In this document: positions 40,301 through 48,619 of the stretch, piece by piece
Position numbering within the stretch: the stretch's first letter is position 1
How the letters are laid out: each line of letters opens with the position of its first letter
From: Sedimentisphaerales bacterium
Lineage (GTDB): Bacteria; Planctomycetota; Phycisphaerae; Sedimentisphaerales; SM23-30
Assembly: GCA_963666285.1 (NCBI GenBank)
Contig: OY762711.1
Reading direction: 5' to 3' (one strand)
DNA length: 64,000 bases
Program-made: the position numbers and the translations under genes
The notes under the pieces: model-generated
Databases searched by the model: none
Seen by the model: the letters and a program-made list of their open reading frames with translations, nothing else
What the model was told of the DNA's origin: nothing

Positions 40301-40914
40301 GGAGCAGGTTCTTTTTCCAGGTCTATACCATAACGAGTCTGAAACACGGCTTTCACAGAAATATCAGGAATTCGATATTCATTATCATCCGGTGTGGGAA
40401 AAGCCAGTACACATATCGGCTTGTAGTAGCCTTTCACTTTTCCAGGTTCCGGCATTTGGACAGTTTTCAAGCCTGGCCCTGTCAATTCCAAATCGCTGTA
40501 TGTTACCTTTTTCATTGCATATTCAGGAGTAATCCAGGGTCCTCCACTGCTGGACCAGCCTGCACAATTATGCATACATATTTCTATGCCAAGCCTGTTT
40601 GCTTCCTTAACCGCATGTCGAACCAGGTCGAGCCATTGATCAGACATATAATCAGCCGGACCAACTGGAATATTAACCGAAGACCGATCACCAACATTGA
40701 AGATTTGAGCTCCGCCAATGCCAACATCTGCCATAGCTTCAAGATCAGCCGTAATACCCTCTTTGGTAACATTACCGTTCATCCAGTGCCACCAGGTATG
40801 CGGCCGTGACGAGAGAGGTGCTCCCAAAAAGTTTTCCCTATATTCTGAAATATCTGCAAACAAAAAGTTGGAAAGAAATAAAACAAATAGAAAAGCAAAT
40901 AACTTAATCCTCAT
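37339..40914 (-). CDS. GH106 alpha-L-rhamnosidase-like glycoside hydrolase with inserted tandem repeat domains
   Basis: RPHTWWHWMNGNVTKEGITADLEAM, GWSSSGGPWITPE, IDSYEVG, AESFT, VTNLWVNRII, LLPSGLIGPV. Confidence 0.9.
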   Translation of the reverse strand: MRIKLFAFLFVLFLSNFLFADISEYRENFLGAPLSSRPHTWWHWMNGNVTKEGITADLEAMADVGIGGAQIFNVGDRSSVNIPVGPADYMSDQWLDLVRHAVKEANRLGIEICMHNCAGWSSSGGPWITPEYAMKKVTYSDLELTGPGLKTVQMPEPGKVKGYYKPICVLAFPTPDDNEYRIPDISVKAVFQTRYGIDLEKEPAPQKAIIQSDSVIDITGKMNSNGLLKWDCPPGKWTVLRIGYTITGKDNHPAPDSGLGLECDKLSRAAMDVHWKYGIKPILDKLGDLAGPTMNNLLIDSYEVGLNNWTAGFEKEFEKRRGYSLKKYLPALTGRVIDDLGISERFLWDFRRTTSDMFTENYFNYFAEKCHKAGLLCSTEPYDGPFECMSIASKADILMGEFWVGGGINHSVRIASSVAHVYGRKIVGAESFTSGPDQGRWQNHPRSMKTLGDSIWCNGINRYIFHRYAHQPWLDKWPGMTMGQWGTHFERTNTWWDDGREWMHYIARSQYLLQAGKFHADILFFGGEYVPNGAVYRPDVKQMGYDYDAIGTDLIEALSVVDGRLVLPSGMSYSILVMPDTKTMSLPVAKKIKQLLSDGATILANCPQNTNSLTDFPESQNQLKTIAKSLWPTGQAGTMESRFGSGRLLSGYSLQQALDHVGIKPDFEVLDSGLNMNFIHRVIDGVDVYFVSNQQDASITAACVFNVTGKKPEFWDSQRAVISPASMWQQRDGRTQVTLNLEPAESVFVVFNDPAPAGQSNYISVKRDGGTPAGLSADKPIKLEIVKAEYGVFDLAHSKMVDVTKELEALVANGRLSTLVSNQLAGDPADGVVKKLLVEYEYDGKKYSKRIDESQRLYLPDKDLPAGKTLVVNRAVYGDLPDVLVKIPELKTVDVTEKLAAQVSQDVLSVRITNSLAGGDPVVNVPKHIRVLYKLDGVEKVTFADENQMLNIPFDLWVPSVWPAELCQVQGSAKLKVWDEGTYRLKKTEGGESVVNVDSVPKPVKINGPWAVSFESKLSVPNAALFKKLISLSDSPDPEINGFSGTATYSTSFEISKDLLASDKQVTLDLGRVEVMAHVFVNGKDLGILWKNPYRLDISKAVRAGRNKLEVRVTNLWVNRIIADEAYPEDCQWQGKSLAKWPDWFVNNEPRPTQRQTFFTWKHWKKGDPLLPSGLIGPVYIRAAELLPLKD

Positions 40915-41120
40915 GACAATACTTCCTGTGTAGAATGTTACAAGTTAAAATAGAATACAAGAATAGCTATGGTTATAAGATATTCAGCAATAATTGCAAA
41001 TTAAAAATACAAATATTACCCGGTAAAAAACAAATTCCACAGAAAATGAAAAGATATGCAAAAAAACTTGCACAAATTATTAAATTGGTAATACCAAACC
41101 ATGGTAATTAATAATCTTTA

Positions 41121-41152
41121 TTGACAACAATGCACAATCGAGATAGTATAAT
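41121..41152 (+). promoter_or_regulatory. Putative sigma70 promoter facing repeat copy B and the M48 gene
   Basis: TTGACA-N17-TAGTAT(AAT). Confidence 0.5.
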
Positions 41153-41297
41153 TCTTATTACAGAGTTGGAGACACACCTGAGTTGGTTAGTTCTACAGAA
41201 TTACATTTTTTCTGAGTATAGTAGAGTTTCTGTATACAATAACGTTTTTTACAAACGCATTAAAAAGCTGTCCATAACAAATAGAATAATGTAAAAC

Positions 41298-41486
41298 AGT
41301 GCGGTTTATGCTTAGCATCACATACATGGCACACTTTTGACTATTCAACATTATACGCAAAGGCCGGAACAGGGCAAATTAAGTAAAAAACGAAGGTGTT
41401 CGGCTATCGTCTCACGCTTTGTTTAAAACATAAGTGTTGCAGGAAGTCCCTTTTAGGCAATTGTTTCAACTTAAAAACTGCGAAAG
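41298..41486 (-). repeat. Dispersed ~190 bp intergenic element, full copy B (inverted relative to copy A)
   Basis: Reverse complement CTTTCGCAGTTTTTAAGTTG...GCCTAAAAGGGACTTCCTGCAAC...GCCCTGTTCCGGC...AGTCAAAAGTGTGCCATG...GCATAAACCGCACT aligns to copy A. Confidence 0.88.
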
Positions 41487-41522
41487 CAAACCCAAACAAG
41501 TTATATCAACAAAATAAATTGG

Positions 41523-43715
41523 ATGTGGATTATGAGTAAAAAAGATGGGAAGAAATATTGTGATGTTCTGCATGGATTTATAGGCAATATAAATAAACAC
41601 CGACCTTCAGTTTTTTACCAGATAGGACTGCTCATTACAGCCTTTGTTATGATCTTACTGCCGGTAATATACATCTGTATGATAATAGGAGTAGGCATTC
41701 TCCTGTACCTGCATGCTATGAACTTTGAAAATATTGCATCAATCAGCGGCAGTGCCAGGATAAACGGCAGAGCCATTATACTGCTTTATCTGGGACCGCT
41801 CGCTGTCGGCGTTGCAGTACTTATTTTAATGATAAAGCCGCTATTTGTTCGCCGCCCCAAAAGGAATGAGCCTTTCGTCGCCCGACCGGAAGCCGAACCG
41901 CTTCTGCATGAATTTATCCAGGCTGTCTGCAAACAGATCGGCGCTCCTGTGCCTAAGAAAGTTTATATCGACCTTGAGGTAAACGCCTCTGCAAGTTTCA
42001 TTAAACACCCTTTTGCATTAAGAGGAAGAGGGCTGGCACTTACCATCGGGCTGCCGCTGCTGGCATGTATGAACCTGAGAATGCTTGCAGGTGTACTCGC
42101 TCATGAATTTGGTCATTTCTCACAAGAAATGGGAATGCGGCTAAGCTATATAATCAATTCCGTCAATATATGGTTTGCCATGGTAGTTTACCAGCGAGAT
42201 AACTGGGATATCTGGCTAAAAGATGCTGCCTCCAGCGACAGCTATTATATAATTATTATCGCACAGATCGCCAGGCTTATGGTTTTTCTAACCAGGCGAA
42301 TCCTATGGCTGCTAATGATGCTGGGCCATGTCATAAGCAGTTTTATGAGTCGCCAAATGGAATACGATGCCGATCGCTATCAGGCGAAACTTACAGGAAG
42401 TGATTTCTTTGAGGAAACCTCACTTGCATTATACATTACAAGTTGCGCGAACAATAAGGCACTGGATGACATCGGTGAATCATGGTCTCAAAAGAAGCTG
42501 TGCAATGATATAGCATCCTTATCCAAATATATATGCAGTAAAATGCCGGACGGGATGAAGAAAGCTATAAAAAACAATGTACTGGAGAGCAGTGTTGGAT
42601 TATTTGCTACTCACCCTTCTACTCCCAACCGCATCGAACGCGCTGTCTCATATGAAGAACCTGGAATTTTTTCTGATTCCAGACCGGCACATATACTATT
42701 GAGCAACATTCAAAAAGTTTCACAATATCTAACAAAAAAATACTACCAGAACGCCCTGGGACCGCTTTTCAATGAACAATACCTTGTATCTTTCAACGAC
42801 TTTATCGGGGTAAAAGCTATCGACCACCAGGACAACATGGCATATTCATCCTTCTTTTATAATATTATCGACCTGGATAACCCGCTGCCGCTTGATGTTA
42901 AACTGCCGAAAAACATATCAGATTTATCACTGGCCGTAAAAGAGCTTAATGTACTTTGCAGCCAGATAGAAAAACAGCTGGAAAATGCCCAAAAAGCACG
43001 TGAAGAGTTTGACAGGCTGGAAAATGATATACATAAATTCCACCGCATTAAAGCCCTGGTTGAAAGCGGGTATGAATATACCGACGAAAAATATGGCAAA
43101 TTCCCGGCAAATAAGTCTGCCAATGTACAGATAGTAATCGACACGCTATGCCACAAACAAATCAGGCATAAAGACACTATAGCTGAATTTGCAGTTATGG
43201 TTGCCAAAAGACTCACCTTGTCACTGCATCTGGCAAATGCCGGCAAGTTCGCTGACAAGCATAAAGATGACAAATTTGCCGCAAAGGTGAAAGCTATTAC
43301 CAGTAATATGAAAGTAATTTCACACTGTTTTGCCGATATAAGAGAAATGCAGGTTCTGGCTTCACAGATCGACACATTGTTCCAGTATATGGAAGGTCAC
43401 GAATCGGAACCGGCTATAATAAGCAGCATAAGCAGCAGGCTGGAAATTGTCAAAAAGAGACTGAACTCAATATATACAAAGCTCAAAGACACCAGATACC
43501 CTTTCAGCCATGCGACAAAAGATATATCTATCGGTGACTATACTTTCAATATCAATTCTATCACAGGTGATGAAAGCCAACTCCCAAATGCAGTCAGTGA
43601 CGCAATATCAAATACACACAAACTTTATACTAAACTACTGGGCAGGCTGGCACTATTGACAATTTCAGCAGAAAAAGCCTGCGGATATAAAATGACCGAA
43701 CAAAAGTCGGCATAA
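41523..43715 (+). CDS. M48 (HtpX/Ste24-like) membrane zinc metallopeptidase with long helical C-terminal extension
   Basis: TM helices; VNASA, LTIGLPLL, VLAHEFGH, SRQMEYDAD, ATHPSTPNRI. Confidence 0.9.
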   Translation: MWIMSKKDGKKYCDVLHGFIGNINKHRPSVFYQIGLLITAFVMILLPVIYICMIIGVGILLYLHAMNFENIASISGSARINGRAIILLYLGPLAVGVAVLILMIKPLFVRRPKRNEPFVARPEAEPLLHEFIQAVCKQIGAPVPKKVYIDLEVNASASFIKHPFALRGRGLALTIGLPLLACMNLRMLAGVLAHEFGHFSQEMGMRLSYIINSVNIWFAMVVYQRDNWDIWLKDAASSDSYYIIIIAQIARLMVFLTRRILWLLMMLGHVISSFMSRQMEYDADRYQAKLTGSDFFEETSLALYITSCANNKALDDIGESWSQKKLCNDIASLSKYICSKMPDGMKKAIKNNVLESSVGLFATHPSTPNRIERAVSYEEPGIFSDSRPAHILLSNIQKVSQYLTKKYYQNALGPLFNEQYLVSFNDFIGVKAIDHQDNMAYSSFFYNIIDLDNPLPLDVKLPKNISDLSLAVKELNVLCSQIEKQLENAQKAREEFDRLENDIHKFHRIKALVESGYEYTDEKYGKFPANKSANVQIVIDTLCHKQIRHKDTIAEFAVMVAKRLTLSLHLANAGKFADKHKDDKFAAKVKAITSNMKVISHCFADIREMQVLASQIDTLFQYMEGHESEPAIISSISSRLEIVKKRLNSIYTKLKDTRYPFSHATKDISIGDYTFNINSITGDESQLPNAVSDAISNTHKLYTKLLGRLALLTISAEKACGYKMTEQKSA

Positions 43716-43837
43716 TAAAGCCTTACGACAATTAATGCAGGGGACCGCTCAGCGGCATTCCTTGCCTAAAACCTGAAAACTAATGCTGATCTCAAAACTA
43801 AACCATAGGCCGATATGAGTTAATTATGCTATTGAAT

Positions 43838-45928
43838 TTATTCCAGCCAGTTTTCTGCCAGTTGTGAAATTTCATAAAGATTGGTAATGCAGTTTCCGTC
43901 CAGATCAAATACTGACGACAGAAGACAATCATTCAGCAGCCAGAGATTAGATAATTCTGCCAGGTCACTAACAGAAACTGTTCCGCTATTGTCAAAGTCA
44001 CCGTATGATCCGGTAAACCAGGGCGACAGGTAAATACCATCAATTACCTGCTGAGTTATTCCCGGACCGGACCAGGCAACCGCCAGGTTATCTCCACCGG
44101 TACCTTCTTTATGCAAAACTTCAATATAATATTTATTTCCTGCTGTAAGAGTTATAACAGCAGATTTCTGCTCTGGAAATTTATCCCAGATACCGGAATT
44201 GGTCCAGCCTGGAACATTTGCGATTAGTAAAGCATTACCCGGAGTACCGTCAGAACTTAACCACAATTCACAGTTATCATCACCGGCGACCCAGAAGGTA
44301 TAATCACCTGTCGCAGGAGGATACAGATAACCTCTGATACGTGTACCGTATTCATTAGTCCAGTTTGTCGGACCTTCAAGGCTGGTAATCTGTTCGCTAA
44401 TGAAAGGCGTATCAGGATAATCTGAAATTGAAGTCAAATCATTTATTGTTGTTCCAGAAATGCCGATCCATACTTCACGCAGAATCGAACCTAACGCAGT
44501 AACAGGTATGACTACAGGCTCTCTATTGGAACCGGCAGATTCATTCTGTGAAGTATCAAACGCAGTTATCACATAATAATATGTTTCGCCGCCAACTGCG
44601 GTATTATCAATATATTCTGAAACAGCTGCATCAGTAGAATTCAACTTTGTGTAGCCATTGTCATAACTTAACGAACGATAAACATTATAGCCGGCCAGAT
44701 CATCCTCACTGTTATCATCCCAGTCAAGTTTAACAGCAACACTTTCCAGCTGAACGGCCAGACCAGTTGGTGCAGTAGGAGCTGTTATGTCGCTGCCGGG
44801 AGGAGCTAACGCAGGACCGCCTGTCAACGCTCTAACATTGTCCTGATCCATAACCGCATTGGTATAGCGATTAAGCAGCCCCCCGCCATCCAGGGCACCA
44901 TTGTCCCAATAGAAACAATGAATTCCTCGACTGGTAGCAGAATCAAGAATGTATTTATTAAAATATGTCCGTGACGCAAGATGCAAATCCTCATCATCAC
45001 CAGTTAGATCCGAATACGAAGAAGATGTTCGCCTCGTACTGCCAAATTCACCAAGTAATACCGGAATACCCTGACTTACAAACTTGTCTGCCATCATCTG
45101 GAATCGCTGGTCTGCAAAGTCCTCTTCACCCCAGGTGCAGTTGCGAGAAGGCAAAGTGTCAGAATGATAATCCTGACCCCAAAAGTAAAACATATCACCC
45201 CAGCTTACATCTTCCGTCAGACCGCAAAACTGCCATGGAGTATAATAGTGAACTTCCACCATCAAGCGGCCAACCGTCGAATCTACAGGCAGTTCATTCA
45301 TTAATTCATATGTTTTGTCAATATCAGTGTTAGGACCCTGCACTACCAGCCAGCGAGTAGAATTGCTGCCGCCGGTAGCACGAACTGCATCAACAAAAGT
45401 CTGTTCATATACCAGCAAGGTAGCCATTTTAGCTGCCGTATCTGCATTTGGCTCATTACATCCGGCAAATAGTAAACGGTCATCGTAATTGATAAAGACA
45501 TTAGCCACCTGGGTCCAGTAAGCATATTGCTTTGCATTGATCGTTGAATCCACCGAATTGCCAATATTATTTTCCAGCCAGCCATTATCCCAGTGGCAGT
45601 TGATAAGAACATGGAGATTTGCGGCATAACAATAGTCAACCACCTCTTTCACCCGCGCAAGCCAATCCGGATCAATCGCATACGTTGCCTGGTTGGCATG
45701 ACTATCCAACGCAACTGGAATCCGAACAGCATTGAAGCCGGCAGCAGCAACCGCATTTATTAGTTCCTGAGTTACCGGAGGATTATTCCAGGTACCCTCG
45801 CCGCTGGGCGGCTCTAATGTATTTCCAAGATTCCAGCCATAGGTCGGAGTTGGCAGCTGGGCAAAAGAAAACAGCGGAAAAGTCAATAGACTTACGAACG
45901 ATAAGACCAGTATATACAACTTATTAAT
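43838..45928 (-). CDS. GH5 endoglucanase-like protein with FN3, PA14 and dockerin-like tail
   Basis: GWNLGNTLE, NCHWDNGW, CNEP, VHYYTPW, LGEFG, FYWDNG; LAGYNVYRS (FN3); GDDNCELWLS...HKEGTGGDNLAVAW (PA14). Start is ATT 45928 (RBS-supported) or TTG 45919. Confidence 0.9.
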   Translation of the reverse strand: MNKLYILVLSFVSLLTFPLFSFAQLPTPTYGWNLGNTLEPPSGEGTWNNPPVTQELINAVAAAGFNAVRIPVALDSHANQATYAIDPDWLARVKEVVDYCYAANLHVLINCHWDNGWLENNIGNSVDSTINAKQYAYWTQVANVFINYDDRLLFAGCNEPNADTAAKMATLLVYEQTFVDAVRATGGSNSTRWLVVQGPNTDIDKTYELMNELPVDSTVGRLMVEVHYYTPWQFCGLTEDVSWGDMFYFWGQDYHSDTLPSRNCTWGEEDFADQRFQMMADKFVSQGIPVLLGEFGSTRRTSSSYSDLTGDDEDLHLASRTYFNKYILDSATSRGIHCFYWDNGALDGGGLLNRYTNAVMDQDNVRALTGGPALAPPGSDITAPTAPTGLAVQLESVAVKLDWDDNSEDDLAGYNVYRSLSYDNGYTKLNSTDAAVSEYIDNTAVGGETYYYVITAFDTSQNESAGSNREPVVIPVTALGSILREVWIGISGTTINDLTSISDYPDTPFISEQITSLEGPTNWTNEYGTRIRGYLYPPATGDYTFWVAGDDNCELWLSSDGTPGNALLIANVPGWTNSGIWDKFPEQKSAVITLTAGNKYYIEVLHKEGTGGDNLAVAWSGPGITQQVIDGIYLSPWFTGSYGDFDNSGTVSVSDLAELSNLWLLNDCLLSSVFDLDGNCITNLYEISQLAENWLE

Positions 45929-46182
45929 CTCTTCAACCTCCTACTCAACAGCATTTTCTATCTGAGAAAGTGAGCTATCAGATACCCGCTTTCAAAAATA
46001 GTATTCATAACAATTCAAAAAGATATTTTACAAAAAATGGTACATATTATTCAAGAAGAAACGTTTTTTGGCGGTTGAGATGCAAGAAATGGCTGAAAAT
46101 GAACGATAAAAAAGCTCATTCTAATTTCAAAAATCAGAATAAGCTCTATAAACACTTTGATATCAACTATTTGAAAACAATA

Positions 46183-47379
46183 CTACCTCAAAGCCTCCAG
46201 CCAGTTCTGAGCCAGATATTCAATATCATCTAAATTTACAATGGTATCACAGCTGATATCAGCCCCATAACAGCAACCTGGATAATCCAGCCATTCAGCA
46301 GCTATTGCAGCAAAGTCAGATAAATCAACTTCATAGTCAATATCAACATCACCAAGAATCGGTGAAGCGGTTAAAACATCACCATGTAAAAAGAAAACTA
46401 ACTCATTATTCAAAAGCGTCTTGTAACAATCTCCATCAACATAAAATGCCGCTCCATCATCATAGGCATAATGCCCCATTGTACAGACATAAGCCGCTAA
46501 CTCTTGTGCCTGCCCGCCTGAACCGCTACTGGCAGATACAAACCTTAACATAAATGCATAGTTTCTATTTGGTAAAAGATACTGATCGATGAAATCGAAA
46601 GTCAAATACCATGTCTGATATGAGCCGAGCTCAGATGGCAATTTAGCTGTTGGTGAAAGAAATGTACCGGCAAGCCTGGAATCTGTAGGATGATAATATC
46701 CATAACCTATATATAAAACCACAACTTTATCACTAATATCAACACCGGACGTCTTAATCTTAAGTGTGACTTTGTCGAGCTTTACAGGCTGTGTAAATCT
46801 AAATGTCTGACCGTAATTTGTCTCAGTACCCTGGCCGCGATCCCACTTTACCAGAAGCGGCGAACTGCCTGGGTCGTTATCATAGCTAATAAGAATATCA
46901 TCAGAAGCCGGCGGAAGTTCAGATTTGAAAATAGACATCATCCACGACGGACCAAGTACCTCAATACTGCCAGAACCTTCTATAGGTTCATGGATTGTAT
47001 TACCCTGTGTATCTGATAAAATAACTGTACCAGAAATAGAACCGACAACGGTAGTACCAATATAAGGAGTTAATTCAGGACTGCCGACTACATCATCCCA
47101 ATCAAAATTGATCAGATAAACCTCATCAACGGTACAATATCTAACTGCATATGCATCAGTAATTTGCGTACCATCAAAAGCAAGGGTTAACTGAAAATCG
47201 TCAATATAATAGCCTGCAGGCATACTTTTGTGTACAATTGCAAGCAGATCTTCCTGACTACCTAAAGTGTTAAGTACAAACTTATCAGGGCTAAACAGCA
47301 AATCATCTGCAAATAAAGACAAGTAAGGGAATAAAAATATAACCACAACATATTTGAAATATTTTCCTGGAACAAACAT
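46183..47379 (-). CDS. Secreted hypothetical protein with dockerin-like tail
   Basis: GGAG RBS; signal peptide; GDVDIDYEVDLSDFAAIAAEWL...ADISCDTIVNLDDIEYLAQNWL. Confidence 0.8.
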   Translation of the reverse strand: MFVPGKYFKYVVVIFLFPYLSLFADDLLFSPDKFVLNTLGSQEDLLAIVHKSMPAGYYIDDFQLTLAFDGTQITDAYAVRYCTVDEVYLINFDWDDVVGSPELTPYIGTTVVGSISGTVILSDTQGNTIHEPIEGSGSIEVLGPSWMMSIFKSELPPASDDILISYDNDPGSSPLLVKWDRGQGTETNYGQTFRFTQPVKLDKVTLKIKTSGVDISDKVVVLYIGYGYYHPTDSRLAGTFLSPTAKLPSELGSYQTWYLTFDFIDQYLLPNRNYAFMLRFVSASSGSGGQAQELAAYVCTMGHYAYDDGAAFYVDGDCYKTLLNNELVFFLHGDVLTASPILGDVDIDYEVDLSDFAAIAAEWLDYPGCCYGADISCDTIVNLDDIEYLAQNWLEALR

Positions 47380-47514
47380 AATTTATCTCCGTAATAAAGA
47401 TACACATTAAAAAATCGTAAGTTCAAGATAATATTTCGAGTTCTGTAAATAATTACATATACCACTATATTAGCAACGGGATATATAAGTCAACAAAAAT
47501 ATGGAGCAAAACAA

Positions 47515-48339
47515 ATGAATATTGGCAATAAAACCCCCAAATATGTGCACGGGTATTCAACAGTAGAAAATCAACGCCTCCAGGATCAGGCATCAACACT
47601 GGCGGAATTGCTTCATAACGACAGTATATATGAACCTGGTTCACTAATACTTGAAGCAGGCTGCGGGGTAAGATGCCAGACTGTTACTATTGCCGGACAA
47701 AATCCGGATAGCCATTTTGTGTCTATCGATATTTCGCAGGAATCAATAGATAAAGCAAAAGAGCGTGTCCGTAATGCAGAACTAACAAATGTTACCCTGG
47801 CACAAGCTGATATTTTCAATTTGCCATTCGAAGCTAAAAAGTTTGACCATATATTTCTCTGTTTTGTTCTGGAACATCTACCCGAGCCGGATAAGGCACT
47901 GGAAAAACTCATGAGAGTTTTAAGACCGGGAGGCACACTGACAGCAATTGAAGGCGATCACGGTTCTACATTTTTTCACCCACATAGCGAGGCCGCACAT
48001 AAAGCAATTAAATGCCTGGTAGAGTTACAAAAGCTCCCGGGCGGAAACGCTAATATCGGCAGAGAACTGTACCCGCTACTGTCAAGTACCGGGCTCAGTA
48101 ATGTCAGAGTATCGCCCCGTATGGTATATGTAGATTCCAGTAAACCTGAACTGGTAGATGGTTTCACAAAGAAGACCTTTGCCGCCATGATCGAAGGTGT
48201 TCGTGAAGATACCGTCAGCAAAGGCATGCTCTCAACAGAAGAATTTAACCAGGGCATCACAGACCTATACAGAGCCGCCGAAGATGACGGGGTATTCTGC
48301 TACACTTTCTTTAAGGCAAGAGGGATAAAAAGAAACTAG
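47515..48339 (+). CDS. Class I SAM-dependent methyltransferase
   Basis: LEAGCGV, SIDIS, FDHIFLCFVLEHL, LRPGG; GGAG RBS. Confidence 0.9.
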   Translation: MNIGNKTPKYVHGYSTVENQRLQDQASTLAELLHNDSIYEPGSLILEAGCGVRCQTVTIAGQNPDSHFVSIDISQESIDKAKERVRNAELTNVTLAQADIFNLPFEAKKFDHIFLCFVLEHLPEPDKALEKLMRVLRPGGTLTAIEGDHGSTFFHPHSEAAHKAIKCLVELQKLPGGNANIGRELYPLLSSTGLSNVRVSPRMVYVDSSKPELVDGFTKKTFAAMIEGVREDTVSKGMLSTEEFNQGITDLYRAAEDDGVFCYTFFKARGIKRN

Positions 48340-48360
48340 ATTTTCAACATATAATATACC

Positions 48361-48573
48361 ATGAAAAACAATAACACAATAACCGAAAAAGACCGCATGC
48401 TAGCCAAACAATGCCTGAAATGCCCGGTATGCAACCACGCTCGGAAGAAACAAAAAGGCATTTTATTCTGGTTTGTCAAAAAGCTGGAAAGTTCTGTCTG
48501 CCCGGCATGCAAGGCATATGAGAAAGTATACGGCAAAAAGGCTCATGAAAAAATCACTAATGAAGAATCATGA
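48361..48573 (+). CDS. Small Cys-rich hypothetical protein (possible metal binding)
   Basis: CLKCPVC and CPAC motifs; 21 bp after the methyltransferase stop. Confidence 0.75.
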   Translation: MKNNNTITEKDRMLAKQCLKCPVCNHARKKQKGILFWFVKKLESSVCPACKAYEKVYGKKAHEKITNEES

Positions 48574-48619
48574 AAAAAACAGCCGAAAAAAAGGGCTTTA
48601 AAAACCATTTTAAAATGTT

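Noticed and set aside
10605..41486. Dispersed repeat considered as a CRISPR array or integron attC sites
   Set aside because: Copies are kilobases apart and in both orientations, with no spacers, no cas or integrase gene, and no clear RYYYAAC/GTTRRRY ends
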